A DNA stretch of 64,000 nt from NCBI RefSeq assembly GCF_026571515.1, contig NW_026852332.1, positions 310,001 to 374,000 on the forward strand, read 5' to 3'. Both the position numbers and the translations under genes were made by a program. The notes beneath the pieces were generated by a model, which saw only the letters and a program-made list of their open reading frames with translations, was not told where the DNA came from and searched no databases. The stretch's first letter is position 1. Each line of letters starts with the position of its first letter. This document shows positions 24,996 to 39,455 of this stretch, one piece after another. This DNA comes from Ruditapes philippinarum. Its lineage: Eukaryota.

Positions 24996-26059
24996 CTGTT
25001 TTGAAAATTGTTGAGATATTTAAAAACCTATTAAACACCATATTAAATTGTTTTATTGCTTTTGAGTATTTACTTCTTATTTATTTCATTTCCCCTTCAC
25101 ATTGCTTACTTGCTCCTATTATTGCAGACCACTTCATCTGTAGGATAATTCAAATGTTTTTCTATTAAGGAAATTATAATTATATCAATTAAGAGTGTAT
25201 ATTACATCAATTGATGTTTTCCGCTATATTTTACAGCAGCACAATAAAGGCTGTTACTCTTAGCCCAAAATTGGTATATTTTCCCCTAAAAATGCTAGAA
25301 TATGTATAGCCTTGAAATGCCCTGTGCACATCCTTTATCAGAACCATGACTTAACAGCAGCTGACTTATATCAGCTTGTTGGAAAAATTAATTGACTGAA
25401 AGACAGAAAGCTGTCAATATAGATAGTCTCTGCTATGTACCATGCATGGCAAACTGAATTAAAATTGAATATTGTATTAGATATGGGTAAATTCCATTCT
25501 CAGTTGTTGGAATTTGATTCAGTCCCCCCCCCCCTTTTAATGATGAATCATGCTATATTTTCCCCTTCAGAAACAGGTTATTTTGAAAACTGGGGGAAAA
25601 ATACTTTTTTTATAGAAAAATGCACAATTCCATATCAAGTGTGAAGGAATATAGTCATGAATTCTGGTAGCATTTGAAATTGTTATACTATTTTTTTTTT
25701 GCATTTTAGAAAACTTGCTCTATCATGGAGTGTTAAAATATATAATTTTCATTGGCCTTGGCATTGTTTTGTGCCTAAATCAAGTTTGATGCAATCTTGA
25801 ACAAAATACCACCCAGTTTAAAAAGATACATTTCAACAATGATTTATCTGGTTGGATCCTATCCATAGATGATCATGAGTGAAAAAGATATGACTGGCAT
25901 TTTATTACTGTAAAACAAGCAATTTTTATGTATGTATGGAGTTGTAGCCAAGTGTTTTAAGCTTTAATTTTGTGGTATGCTTATGGAGACTTGAGATAAG
26001 TTACCCAACATTTTTACTGTAACATTAATTTCCTTCATTTTGTTTCTTTTAATTTTCAG

Positions 26060-26817
26060 GTAATAAAGTTTTCAAGTGCAACACTTGTGATTACGTATCG
26101 AAATGGCCAGGCAACATGCGTGACCATGTTCGCGTCCATACTGGCGAAAAACCATTTGGCTGTGACAAATGCAGTAAGAGTTTTGCCAACCAATCTGGCC
26201 TACAGAAGCACAGTGTCATCCACTCCGACGAACGCCCACATATTTGTGACATCTGCGGCTTTGCTTTTAAGCTGAAACGCCAGCTGGTAAAGCACTATAG
26301 GCGTCACCTTACACCAGGGTCCATATTATGCCCGTATTGTGGTAAACGTTATTACTCCCAGTCGGAACTAAGACACCATATGCCAACACACACTGGTGAG
26401 AGGAAGTTTGAGTGCGATGTATGTAATAAGATGTTTGCCTCAGTATCTTCTTTGGGAAGACATAAGGCTCTACATTCAGGGGCGAGGTTTGAATGTCACA
26501 TCTGTGGGAATTTATCAATGCGAAAAGAGTACTGGCGTACTCACATGATCAAGTATCATCATTTTAGTGAGAACGATGAACTGCTGGCAAAGAAGATGCG
26601 ATTCAATCGCTTATATGATCAAACTGAGGAGATGAAAGTACCGAGTGTACATAAAATTAAAGTGGTAAAAGCAGAATCAATGAATGTCGAGGAAGGTGAA
26701 ATTATCGAAGGTGAAATTATTGAAGGCGAGCAAATAGCAGAAGTTCAGGAAATAGTGGCTGGACAGGAGATAAATGATGAAAATGTCCAGTATATAATTA
26801 GCCTGAACTATAATTGA
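26060..26817 (+). CDS. Alternative terminal exon B, 6 C2H2 zinc fingers plus acidic tail
   Basis: aattttcag|GT AAT AAA GTT TTC AAG TGC; phase 1. First finger begins upstream of the ORF-track Met; TGEKP linker; ends TGA. Confidence 0.92.
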
Positions 26818-27629
26818 CCTTTTTTGAAATTGAGAAAATACTAAAAAAGATTCTTGTTTAATTGCCTGTTCTAGGGCTTATTTATTGTTAATATGAATAT
26901 TTAGAAACTCAAAACTATATTGTTTGTGACATGAACACTAATCATTATATTGTGATTTGAAAACTGTTCTTACTCTTGCATTTGAATGGATAGAGTGTTT
27001 CTGATTCAGTTAGAATGCACTGCAATTTGGGTGATTTGAGTTACATTTATTTATATATTTGATACAAAAATTTGTGTGAAGCCTATGGTATTGTTCACTA
27101 GTGTGTTTTTGTGTCTCGGACAACTATTTAATATGTATACTTGTATTTTATGTATTGATATGGAAAACAGAATTTTCAATAGGATTGGTACATGTTTCAT
27201 TATTTAAACTTCTGTATCAAATGTTTTTTCTGTACTGCAATTAAAATGTTTTACCTGGGTAAAATTTATACATAGTTAATTTGGATACAAATGCCTAAGT
27301 GTTCACCTTTAACATAAATTTTAATGCAATAATGGAAAATTTAAATTTTAACATGAATTTTAATTCAAAAATGGAAAATTTAAACTTTTTAGAGTTGGCA
27401 CTCGAAGCATTTAATACAGTAAATACATGCCTATGCTAGTAGTTAAGAAATATGCCAGTTTGACCATTTGTTCAGTCTGACCATATTATACCATATTAGC
27501 ATATATACCATACTATTAATTTTGAAAGTACAGAAACTTATAAAATTAATGATAAAACTTCCAAATGCAAAGCATGGCAAATCAGTTGCACAAATTCAGA
27601 TGCACAATAGTAAACAATTCTTAACTTTG

Positions 27630-28295
27630 TTATACCCCCACAAACGAAGTTTAGGGGGATATATAGGAGTCAGCTTGTTGGTCTGTCATTCTGTCCACAT
27701 CATGATTTCAGGACGGTAATTACAGTTTGGAATGGGGTATTGTAATCAAACTTGGTATATAGCAACCATATGTGGAAACTCTGGTTGGTATTGCATTTGG
27801 ACCTCTTGGGGGCAAGGTCACCATTACTAAAAAAAGAAAAATGGTTACTGGACTAGCTAGAGTTAGGAATGAGATATTGTTATCAGAAAGCTTACATGAA
27901 GACCCTGGTTGTTATTGCATTTGGATGGCCTGAGGTCATGGTCACCATTACTAAAGATAGAAAAATAGTTTTCGGACAACACCTAGAGTTAGGAATGAGA
28001 TATTGTAATCAAACTTGGTGTATAGCAAGCTTATACGAAGATCCTGACTGGTGTTGCATTTGAGCTTCCTGGGGTCTAGGTCACTGTAACTAAAAATAGA
28101 AAAATGGTTTCTGGTCAGTAACTAGAGTTAGGAATGAGATATTGTTATCAAACTTGGTTTATGACAGGTTGGGATTGCAATTAATTAAACACCTTTACTA
28201 TAGGTTGAGTTCAAATTTTTCTTCAGACCAGTTATTTTTCAAATGGTCAAAGCTGCTGGTGGGGGTATTTATCACCTTCAGTGATAGCTCTAGTT
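27630..28295 (+). mobile_element. HINE-like element with ~130 bp internal repeats
   Basis: ttataccccca 5' end, tgggggtat subTIR, 3' hairpin tatcac…gtgata and ctagtt end. Confidence 0.75.
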
Positions 28296-28894
28296 GTGTC
28301 AAGGGTTAGCATGAATTTTTTCCAGATTGCTTGTCTCACAGAAATGTCGATGCTTTACTTTTTGTAGTAGGATGTATTTTCAAAACGTTTTAAGCAATTT
28401 ATATTCTTTTCAAATAACTATCAAATTTTCCCAGTATTCAGGGAACATTTTTTAAAAGCCACACTTTAGACTGGAATATTATTTGGCATTTTGCTCAAAA
28501 TTGGGGGGAGAGGACTTTTTTTGCGATGGCAATATATTGTTCCTTGAAGGCTTAACATGTAACCAAATCAATCTGTTCTATTGCTCTGTGTTACAAACCT
28601 GTTTTTGTTCACTCGATCTGTTTTAGAACTTCAATTTGATGTGTGAAATTGGTGTTAAAGTTTTGAAATTTACATATTTTACAGTTGTTTAATGTTTTTT
28701 GAATGTTTGAAATTCTTGGTTCTTTTTCTCTACAATTGTTGATATCTGTATTAATAATTCCATCACATTGAAGCATGTTTATTCAATAGTGCATAAAATT
28801 ATATAGATTTCCTACATCTTTTGTGAAAATATTCTGCATGTTTGGTTGAGTCACATGATCACCCTATTTAGCTTTAATTTTGCCAATTTTGTTG

Positions 28895-29290
28895 CATCAT
28901 CTTATTCAGCAGTAATATTTTATCATATCACATTATAACTATTTTTAGCAGTAATATTTCTGATTATGTCACATAATCTTATTCGGCAGTAATAATTCTG
29001 ATTGTGTCACATCATATTCAGCAGTAATATTGATGCTGATTATGTCACATTGTATTATTCAGCAGTAATATTTCTGTGTGTGTCTTGTCACATCATATTC
29101 AGCAGTAATATTTAAATTTTATGCTGATTATGTCACATTGTCTTATTCAACAGTAATGTTTCTGATTATTTCACATCATTTTTATTTTTAGCAGTGTTAT
29201 AACTGATTATGTGACATCATCTTAGTCAACAGTAATATTTCTGATTATGTTCAGCAGTAGTATTACTATGTCACTTCATTACAATATTCA
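28895..29290. repeat. Degenerate minisatellite (~40 bp; tattcagcagtaatatttctgattatgtcacat)
   Basis: Recurrent cagcagtaata and gattatgtcaca motifs. Confidence 0.75.
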
Positions 29291-29702
29291 GAAGAAATAT
29301 AACAGCCCAGTTAGTTTAGTATTTGTGTAAACATTATAGGTGCTGTTATATCTTTGTTTTGAAATCCTATCAAGTGAAGAATTAGTGTTAAAATTAAATG
29401 AATGGATTAATTATGTTATTTGTTGTACAAGTTGTTGATGTGATGTACGGGGGAATATTGGCTGAATGAGCACTTGGGGTCATATTTATCTCATTCAGCC
29501 TTACTTTCTCCCATATATCCAGTTAGCAAATTAACAAAAAGCAAATTTATAATAACGCAAATTGTTTTTGAACAAAAGTTCTTAAGAAAATCCAGTAATT
29601 TTAGACTGTTTTCAAAGAAGCCAGAGAAAAATGTGCGCGTAAATAAGATGACATTGGATGTTGAACTGCTACATGTATGCCAATGCTGTACATAAAAAGT
29701 AA

Positions 29703-31459
29703 TTGTCCCCCACCTTTTCGAAGAAAAAAGGGAGATATAGAAATAGGCTCCGTCCGTCTTTCCGTCCGTCCATCAGTCACACTTTCGTGTCGGGTCCATA
29801 ACTTTGTCATTTATTGAAGGAATCTGAAATAACTTAGCAAAAATGTTTGTTATAATAAGACGATGTGTCATGCGCAACAACCAGACCCCTACCTCCAGGG
29901 TCAAGGTCGCACTTGCTCATTCAAGGTCAGCATTGTCTATTTGAGGGTATATCTCGTGTCCGGTCCATATCGTTTTTACCTTTGAAGGGATTTTGTAAAT
30001 ACTTGCCACAATTGTTCACAATAATGAGAAGATGTGTCATGTGAAACAACTGGTCACCTACCTCCAAGGTCAAGGTCACACTTGGTGGTTAAGATTAACA
30101 TAGTCTGTTACAGGGTATATTTCGTGTCCAGTCCATAACTTTGTCATTGATCAAAGGAATTTGAAATAACTTGGCACAAATGTTTGTTATAATAAGACAA
30201 TGTGTCATGTGCAACAACCAGACCCCTACCTCCAGGGTCAAGGTCGCATTTGCTCATTCAAGGTCAACATTGTCTATTTGAGGGTATATCTCGTGTCCGG
30301 TCTATAACTTTCTTATCTTTGAAGGGATTTTGTAAATACTTGCCACAATTGTTCACAATAATGAGATGATGTGTCATGCGCAACAATCGGTCACCAACCT
30401 CCAAGGTCAAGGTCACACTTGGAGTTCAAAGATTAACATAGTCTGTTATAGGGTATATGTTGTGTCTGGTCCATAACTTTTTCTTATATGAAAGGATTTT
30501 GAAAATACTTGGCACAAATAGTCACTATAATAAGACGTGTCATGCGCAACACCAGCATCCCTACCTCCAAGGTCAAGGTCACATTTTGAGGTCAAAAATT
30601 AACATAGTCTTTTAAAGGGTATATATTGTGTCCAATGTAGAACTTCTTCATAGTTCAAGGGATTTTGAAATAACTTGGCACAAATAGTCACAATAATAAG
30701 ACAATATGTCAAGTACAACACCTGCACCCCTACCTCCAAGGTCAAGGTCACACTTAGAGGTCAAAATAACAGTCTGTTATATGGTATATTTTGTGTCCCC
30801 TCCATAACTTCTTCATAGATCAAGGGATTTTAAAAATACTTGGCACAAATAGTCACAATGATAAGATGATATGTCATGCGTTACACCAGTGTCCCTACCT
30901 CCAATGTCAAGGTCACATGTAGAGGTCAAAGATTTACATAGTCTGTTATAGGGTATATTTTGTGTCCAGTCCATAACTTTTTCATAGATCAAGGGATTAT
31001 AAAATACTTTGCACAAATAATCACAATAATAATTAGACGATATGTCAGGACCCTACCTCCAAGGTCACACTAAGAGGTCAAAGATGAACATAGTCTAATA
31101 GAGGGTATATTTTGTGTCCCATCTATAACTTCTTCATAGTTCAAAGGATTTTGAAAATACTTGGTACAAATAGTTACAATAATATGACGATATGTCATGC
31201 GCAACACATGCACCCCTACCTCCAAGGTCAAGGTCACACTTAGAGGTCAAAGCTCAACATGATAGATTTTTAAATTCAGTGTTTTATTTTATTTCTTTAA
31301 TAAATTTATTGTTGCATTTGCAGATCTAGCATTGATCATAATTTTGGACGGAAAGTCCTTAGATCCATACCTCAATCTTTTGAAAAAGCACAATTTTATG
31401 CTTCATATAAAACTTCCCCGAGGCGGGGGATGTTGGTAACTCTGTTACAAATTCTTGTT
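29703..31459 (+). mobile_element. HINE-like element with ~175-180 bp tandem array
   Basis: ttgtccccc 5' end, ccgt microsatellite, repeated cctacctccaaggtcaaggtcac units, ggggga subTIR, gtaac…gttac hairpin, cttgtt end. Confidence 0.85.
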
Positions 31460-32611
31460 CAAGTTTAAACCGTCTACAATATAGAAATACATTGTCATTT
31501 GTGCGCCCGCCGGTTCTTCATGGTGTTTACACTTTATACAGCATGATATACAAAATGTTTAAGCCAATCAAATTTGAGAAATTTATTTTGCATTTTTATA
31601 ATCTTAATAATGTAATTATTTGGCTGAAGGTTTTCATTCATTATGTGTTGATTAATAGTAATACATTAAGTACTGATTTATTACCAAGGATCACTGGTTT
31701 AGTGCCCAGGATCATTCATTTTGAAATGTCCCAAGACTACAGAAATGAATACCTCACTATAATGCCATTTAATTCTGGCTGACGATTAACTTTTTTATTG
31801 TATCATATGTATATATATGTATATACATGTATAATATGTAAAGACAGTATTTCTAAAGTTGTAGCAATTTTTAATCAAAACTTGCTTTGTAATATGTTCA
31901 TGGGTAACTTTGAAAGTAGCTTTTATATTTTGAATTGTTGGACGATTTTAACAAAAAAGTAACAAAATACAAAGAGAGTTAATGTTGGTAGTACATAAAA
32001 TTTTATTCCGAACCTAATGAAATAGTTGTTCTGTGTATATAACTTTACATTTTGATTATGTTTATGTATAACTTAAAGATATACTATACTCCTCCTTGAG
32101 TGGTTCTACTCAGGTGCCCGTTCGTGCCTGAAATAATGCACGGAAGGGCACCTGAGGTCTTCCTCCACCAGTAAAGCTGGAACTTCACGATATGACCTAT
32201 ACTGTGTCGATGTGACGAAAAACCAAAAACAAACAAAAACCTCTGAGTGAAATATGATATCTTAAAAAAAATCATGGAAATTTTTTGAAATCTATGAAAT
32301 TCTTCCTGAATATCTCTAATTTAAATAAAAGAATGAATAGACTATGTATGGGAAGCTGTGTTTCCTATTACTGGTCAAGCAAAGTCGGCACGTTCTTTAA
32401 AAAACCGCCAATTTTTTTTTAATGACACTACATGTTCATATTATGACCACTTATAGCGTATAGTGTTTTAAATATAACTTATCTACTTCGTGTGAAATCA
32501 AAACATGTTTATTTTATACATGTATTGATAAAGAGACTTTAAAGTAATAATCAATATTTTCTAACATCAAATTTGAGCATAGTATATCTTTAAGGTAATT
32601 TTATGTAACAT

Positions 32612-33471
32612 TTTTATGCCCCCACAATGTGGGAGCATATAGCGTTGCACTTGTCCGTCCGTCCGTCAATCCGTCAGTCAGTCAGTCCGTCCGTCCGTCC
32701 GTACGTCCCGAAATCTTGTGAACGCAACTCCTCTTAAACCGGATGGCAGATTTTGCTTAAACTTACAGGGATGAACAACCTTAATGTGTAGATGGTAGTA
32801 AAGGAAGGAATTTTTGTTGCGACCAAATTTAACAGAATTATGGCCCTTTGTTGATTTTTTCACTATATACTATGTAGAAATTTTGTGAACGCAACTCCTC
32901 TTAAACCGGATGGCAGATTTTGCTTAAACTTACAGGGATGAACAACCTTAAGGTGTAGATGGTAGTAAAGGAAGGAATTTTCGCTGCGACCAAATTTTAC
33001 AGAATTATGGCCCTTTGTTGATTTTTTCACTATATACTATGTAGAAATTTTGTGAATGCAACTCCTCTTAAACCAGATGGCAGATTTTGCTTAAACTTCC
33101 AGGGATGAACAACCTTAATGTGTAGATGGCAGTAAAGGAAGGAATTTTTGCTGCAACCAAATTTAACAGAATTATGGCCCTTTGTTGATTTTTTCATTAT
33201 ATACTATGTAGAAATTTTGTGAACGCAACTCCTCTTAAACCGGATGGCAGATTTTGCTTAAACTTACAGGGATGAACAACCTTAATGTGTAGATGGTAGT
33301 AAAGGAAGGAATTTTTGCTGCGACCAAATTTAACAGAATTATGGCCCTTTGTTGATTTTTAGTTTTCAACTTGTGGCACATGTAGTCCAAAAAATATTTG
33401 ACCTAGAGTCATAAGATTGACAGAACAGTGGCGTGTGGGGGCATCAGTGTCCTATGGACACATTTCTAGTT
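32612..33471 (+). mobile_element. HINE-like element with 167 bp tandem array (about 4 near-identical copies)
   Basis: ttatgccccca 5' end, GTCC/GTCA microsatellite, gtgaacgcaactcc recurring every 167 bp, gggggcat subTIR, tgtcc…ggaca hairpin, ctagtt end. Confidence 0.9.
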
Positions 33472-34578
33472 TGTCTTTGTAATGTTTTTAACACAAAGGA
33501 ACATAAATGATTTCAAACAGTCCAATATTTTTAATTGTTGTAAAATTATAGATTAGATAAGTTATTGTAATTTTAAGGGTGGATCTGCATTTTGGTTGCT
33601 GTCAATATTCACATGTAAATTAGAAAATAAACTTCTTCAAAATTGATTTGTATATTGTTCTGCAAATGTAACATCAACCTTGCATACCAAAGTATAAAAA
33701 GTATTTTAATCAGCAAAGATGGTTTACTAGCAGTAAACGTATTGTATATCTCTTTTAATTTAATAATTTCAAATACAGTTCTTGAAAATGTTATAAATAA
33801 GTGCCTTTTTAGCTCCCATCTTATACATGATATTTCACCCAATTGCTTTATTTCAAGACCATTCATCAATTTTATGAAAATTTTTAAAATATGTACCGAC
33901 TGAATAGCAAACAGGGCAGGCCATGGTCAGATGGCATAAATGTGCAAGCTGATCTTGGGTCTGCACTGGATGCTTGGGTAGATTTTGTAGCTGCCAGCAG
34001 GCAAATTACATGAACATCGGTTTATGTTCCTGAAGATAATATTTCAATACTTACAGATAATATATGTGGGTTTTGCAAACCCAGTATAGTTGCATAGGCT
34101 TCAAGATTTTAGAGGAACCCAAGAGTATCTTGAAATTATAGACGAAGCTTTATATAGAAATATTTCATTTCTCAATGGAAAGTTTGCATGTCAGAGGAGC
34201 ATTCTTTATTTGATAACTAATATAAGGGTGCCAGTTTTACTTGAACAGGAATTTGTGACTTACAATTTAGTTCATTTTACATAATATTATCCTTAAGTTT
34301 TTTGAAACTCAATACTGATAGCCATGGGCTTATTTTAGATATTTGGTATGTAGAATTGCCTAGTAGGCGACTATTACAGTTGCATAACTCTTCCCCTTGG
34401 TTTAAAGAATGTCTCAGCCCAAGGTCACTTTTATATTTGACTTGTATTGGAACAGCTTGAGAATTGTCACCAAATGGCTACAACCTGGTATTATTATTGT
34501 AATGTGGACATTCGTAATTTACAAAAGCTCAGAATCCTTATGTTCTGTGTACTTTTGCATTCTCTTTAAATACCGTTT

Positions 34579-34745
34579 CAGTGTCTAGAAATAGGGGGGC
34601 TTTTTATCGAAAAATGAGAATTCTTTACATTTGTTGATATTTTTCCTTCTTTCTGTATGTAAACCCCCCCCCTGCCTCTGAAAAAATAGGGGGTGGGGCT
34701 CTAAAAATGAGTGAATCCCCCATTCCCCTCCTAGAATAAACACTG
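34579..34745. mobile_element. CAGTG-TIR MITE with 6 bp TSD, present in all three triplicated units
   Basis: cagtgtcta…tagaataaacactg; CCATTT flanks (left flank clearer in the copies at 38702 and 42800). Confidence 0.7.
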
Positions 34746-35337
34746 CCATTTACGTCACATATAGTTTTATGTGTTGAAAAATAACCTTTCACATATTATA
34801 ATAAGATAATGTTGAACCTCACTTACTTGAATTATAAACCATCTTCTGGTTGAAGATAAGGTATGGATTCATTGTTTAACTTTGATTTGACTTTAGCCAA
34901 ACTTACAAATAAAGAGAGGAATGGTCCTCTAGAAAGCTTGTTTAAACTATGGGCATTGAGTAGTTGTGTATGCTGGTCCTACTGATTGACTTGATTGAAT
35001 GATATCAACTAATGATCTCCATTATAGAAAATATGACCTTTTTGTAATTGTGCTCAGGTGAACGAAATATATAAGACCGATTATAGTTCTTGTATGACAG
35101 TTATTTAACCCTAAAAAACACACAAAAATTATGTACGATTGAATGAAGTTGTAGTTTCTGCACAAAATCTATGAAAAAAACACAAAAAAACAAAAAAACA
35201 CAAAAAAAAACAACAACAAACAAAACAAACTTTTATTTAAACCAACAAAACAACTGGATTTGAGCGTATGTGTCCATGTTTTATTTTTTTACGCACATCT
35301 TTTATTGAGATCTATCTTAAAATTATTTTCCTTTCAG

Positions 35338-35903
35338 GCAAGAGATTCTTCAAGTGCACACATTGCAAATATAATACACCAATAATCGGAAATATGAAGA
35401 TACATGTACGGAGACACACGGGAGAACGTCCTTTCTCTTGTGACATGTGCATCAAAACGTTCACGTGTGGGGCCACTCTAAAGCTTCATAAGAGAACCAT
35501 TCACTGTGAGGAACGTAGCGAAATCTGTGAATATTGTCACGCCTCTTTCAAAACAAGACAGAATCTCAAGATGCATCAGAAGCGTCATTTTGATATTAAG
35601 AAGCACCTTTGTCCATTTTGTGGCAAAAGAATGGCCAATAAAATGGCTATGGAAGAACATGTGAACACACATACAAAGTCACAGAAGTACATGTGCGGAA
35701 TATGCGACAAAATAGTTTCAAGTGACTCGGCCATGAAGCGGCATATGCTATTACATACCGGTGGAAATGTTAAGTGCCATTTATGTTCGAAAACTTTTGT
35801 TCGGAAAGAAATCTGGAGAAAACATATGATTAATGAACATAAATATAGCGGCAATGAGGACATTTTGGGAAAAAGGCAAAATCAAGTGCAGAAAGTAATA
35901 TAG
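35338..35903 (+). CDS. Alternative terminal exon C, 6 C2H2 zinc fingers
   Basis: ttttcctttcag|GC AAG AGA TTC TTC AAG TGC; phase 1; TGERP linker; ends TAG. Confidence 0.92.
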
Positions 35904-38900
35904 ATGTTTTGAGATTTCTTTGATGAAGCTTTAATCGCATGTGCATTGATGTTGAAATTATTTGAGTATAAGTCTGTACTGTGTTTCGTAATGTGATGGT
36001 AGAAGATAACTAAAGCGGACAGACAATTAGACTTATCGGTTATAATATCAAGAAAAAGCAGTGCTAAACTTAAGGTTCAGACCAGATTTCATCTCCATGG
36101 AAACAGACTTAAGTTCATTCAATTAATTGATGAGATTAATAAATCAATTTAAAAAAAACCTGTTAAACACGTTCATTTGAATGAAAGATTGATCTGTCTT
36201 AGTCATTAAAAAGTGGAAACATTACCATATTAAAGACGTTTACTAAAGTTTTCAAATAAGCAGAACGAAAACTTTGCATGGTCTTTGTAATTGTCTTGGA
36301 TTTTTTTTAGAAATTGTCTTCATTTTTAAGATATCATATTGTAATACAATAAATGGAATATCGTCCAAAATTTAGTTTGATTGGATAGTATTTGTTGTGA
36401 ATGGTGTTGATGAAATACCCTCTTGAAAATATATTGGTAATTTGTAATTGTCTGCTGAAGATAATCCATGAACAATTTTATATATTGTATCTTGTTTACT
36501 TGACATTGTTTAGGTAAATGTGTTTTGTAAAAAGTTCAAATACACAGGAAGCATTCGCTTTGTTGTTTTAATGTAATGATTTTTTTATTTACAGTCAAAT
36601 TTGCTGTGAAAGACCAGTTTTTGAGAAAAATATTTAATGTTGGTGATAGGCCATCTGTGGCCAAATAACCATGTCCTGAAATTGTAACGTGGTCGGCGCT
36701 TCTTTAGAATGTGCTTTGGTGCTCATCTGACTTTGATGTTAACTATTTAAAAAATTTTTTCATAATATCTTTGAAGTATTGAAGATTTTGTGTATTAAAG
36801 AATCAGATTTGGTGTATTTATAGGCATTTCAGTTACACGATGTTGATGTTAATGATTTTCAAAGTTCATTTGGCACAACAGATCTTTTCTTTCCTTCTTC
36901 AGTGGGCGGGTAGTTAATCAAATTTCTCAATATATCGCCTTAACTGGCACAATAATTATTCAACAGTTGATCTGTTTTTTTTCGGCCGTAGGCCGTCTGA
37001 TTTCACATTGACTTCCTCTAAAATTAACAGTAAAGATATGAATATAGGCAGAATTTTCTATAGCCTGACCGTTTGATACTTTAGAAGAGCTTCCGTTATA
37101 GGTAGAGGTATGTTCGATTGCACGATGGCAAGAAGTGTTGGACAGAATAAATATAAAACACAATAATGATATTTTCTAGATGTTTTCTAACAGCTTTTCA
37201 ATAATATATGAAATCGCCTTTTTGATACTTCTGTGTTCGATTGGGTTTCTCATCTGTTCTAGTCATTATATTCTCTTCTCGAACCGGGCATAAGACGATT
37301 GAAACGAACTTTAGACTAATTTACAGTTGCAAAATTCTCCGTGGAAGTAGTGTACAGTATCTACTAAATTTTTGTTTTATTATAAATCCCTAGTCAATTC
37401 AAATTCCATTTTGATTAAAATCAAATAATGTAAGTAATATTGTTTAAATCTAAGATGACAATTAATTGGGAAAAACATTGCAGGTAAAAATGAACTGAAA
37501 TAGAACTATTGAAGACGAATAAAATCTTCTGTTTGCGGTTAGCGTGGTTAGTAGTAGCTTATCCTATGCAAGTTAACAAGTTTGACTTCGGCCGAGTATC
37601 TTTTTAAAGATACTTCTTGTTAAAACATTGTTTTAAAATCTGTACAATATTTTGTAGGCACAGGCTGCCTCTTCTTCTTACACAATAACATCCTCAAGAA
37701 AAGGGTAATACATTTAAAAGAATCGCTTTCTGATATTTAAGTGTAAGAGGCATCCGACCTTATTCTTAGTCATACCGAATGTCTATGCAATATGCTAAGC
37801 GAATTTGTACTAGCCTCTTAATATATGGGAGCAGTGGCAAATAAAATGAAACATTCGAAAAGCTTGATTTTACGTAATTATAGATCTTTCATTTTGTAAC
37901 TTGTATAATTTATAGGACAATATTATCCTATTAAGCGCCAGAGCAAGAAAAGAGGGAAACAACATCGCGGAACAATGTCAACATTTTTTTTGTGGTAAGT
38001 CGTCAATATTTAAGGTCATTATGGTCATTTGTATATGTTGTAAAAGTTTATTTTAATAGCAGATCTTGGGTCTGCACAGGATGAATGGGTAGATTCTGTA
38101 GCTGCCAGCAGGCAAATAACATGAACATCGGTTTATGTTCCTGAAGATAATATTTCAATACTTACAGATAATATATGTGGGTTTTGCAAACCCAGTATAG
38201 CTCTATAGCCTTCAAGATTTTAAGAGGAGACCAAGAGTATCTTGAAATTATAGATAAAGCTTCATATAGAAATATTTCAATTCTCAATGGAAAATTTGCA
38301 TGTCAGAAGATCATCCAGTCAGATGACATTTTTATTTGATAACTAATATAAGGGTGCCAGTTTTACTTGAACAGGAATATGTGACTTACAATTGAGTTCA
38401 TTTACATAATATTATCCTTATTTAAAACTCAATACTGATAGCCATGGGCTTATGTTTTAGATATTTGGTATGTAGAATTGCCTAGTAGACCACTATTACA
38501 GTTACATAACTCTTCCCCTTGGTTTAAAGAATATCTCAGCCCCCAGGTCACTTCTTTTATTGACTTGTATTGGAATATCACCTTTAGAATTGTCACCACT
38601 GGTATTATTATTGTAATGTGGACCTTTGTAATTTACAAAAGCTCAGAATCCTTGTCTGTGTACTTTTGCATTCTCCAAGATAAGGCCTTTAAATACCATT
38701 TCAGTGTCTATTCTAGGATTTGAGAAATAGAGGGGCTTTTTATCGAGAAATGAGAATGTTTTACATTTGTTGATATTTTTACTTCTTTCTCTATGTAAAA
38801 TTTCCCCCCTGCCTCTGAAAAAATAGGGGGGGGATTCTAAAAAAAATGAGTGAATCCCCCATCTCTCCTAGAATAGACACCAGTGACATTTACGTCACAT

Positions 38901-39455
38901 AGTTTTATGTGTGGAAAAATAACCTTTTACATAAGACAATGTTGAACCTCACTCACTTGAATTATTAGCCATCTTCTGATTATAGATAAGGTATGGACTA
39001 ACGGCTTAACTTTAATTTGACTTTAGCCAAACTTACAAATAAAGAGAGGAATGGTCCTCTAGAAGGCTTGTTGAAACTATGGGCAGTCAGTAATTTTGTA
39101 TGCTGGTCCTACTGTTTGACTTGATTGAATAATATCAACTAATGATCTTCATCATAGAAAGATCATAGAAAATATGACCTTTTTGTAATTGTGCTCAGGT
39201 GAGTGAAATATATAAGACCGATTATAGTTCTTGTATGACAGTTATTTAACCCTAAAAATCCAAAGAAAATTATGTACGATTGAATGAAGTTGAAGTTTCT
39301 GCATAATATCTATGAAAAAAAAAACACACAAAAAAACTTATTTAAAACAACTAGACAACTGAATTTGAGCAAATATTTCCCTGTTTTAACGGAAGTCCGT
39401 AAATCTTTACGCACATCTTTTATTCAGATCTATCTTAAAATTATTTTCCTTTCAG

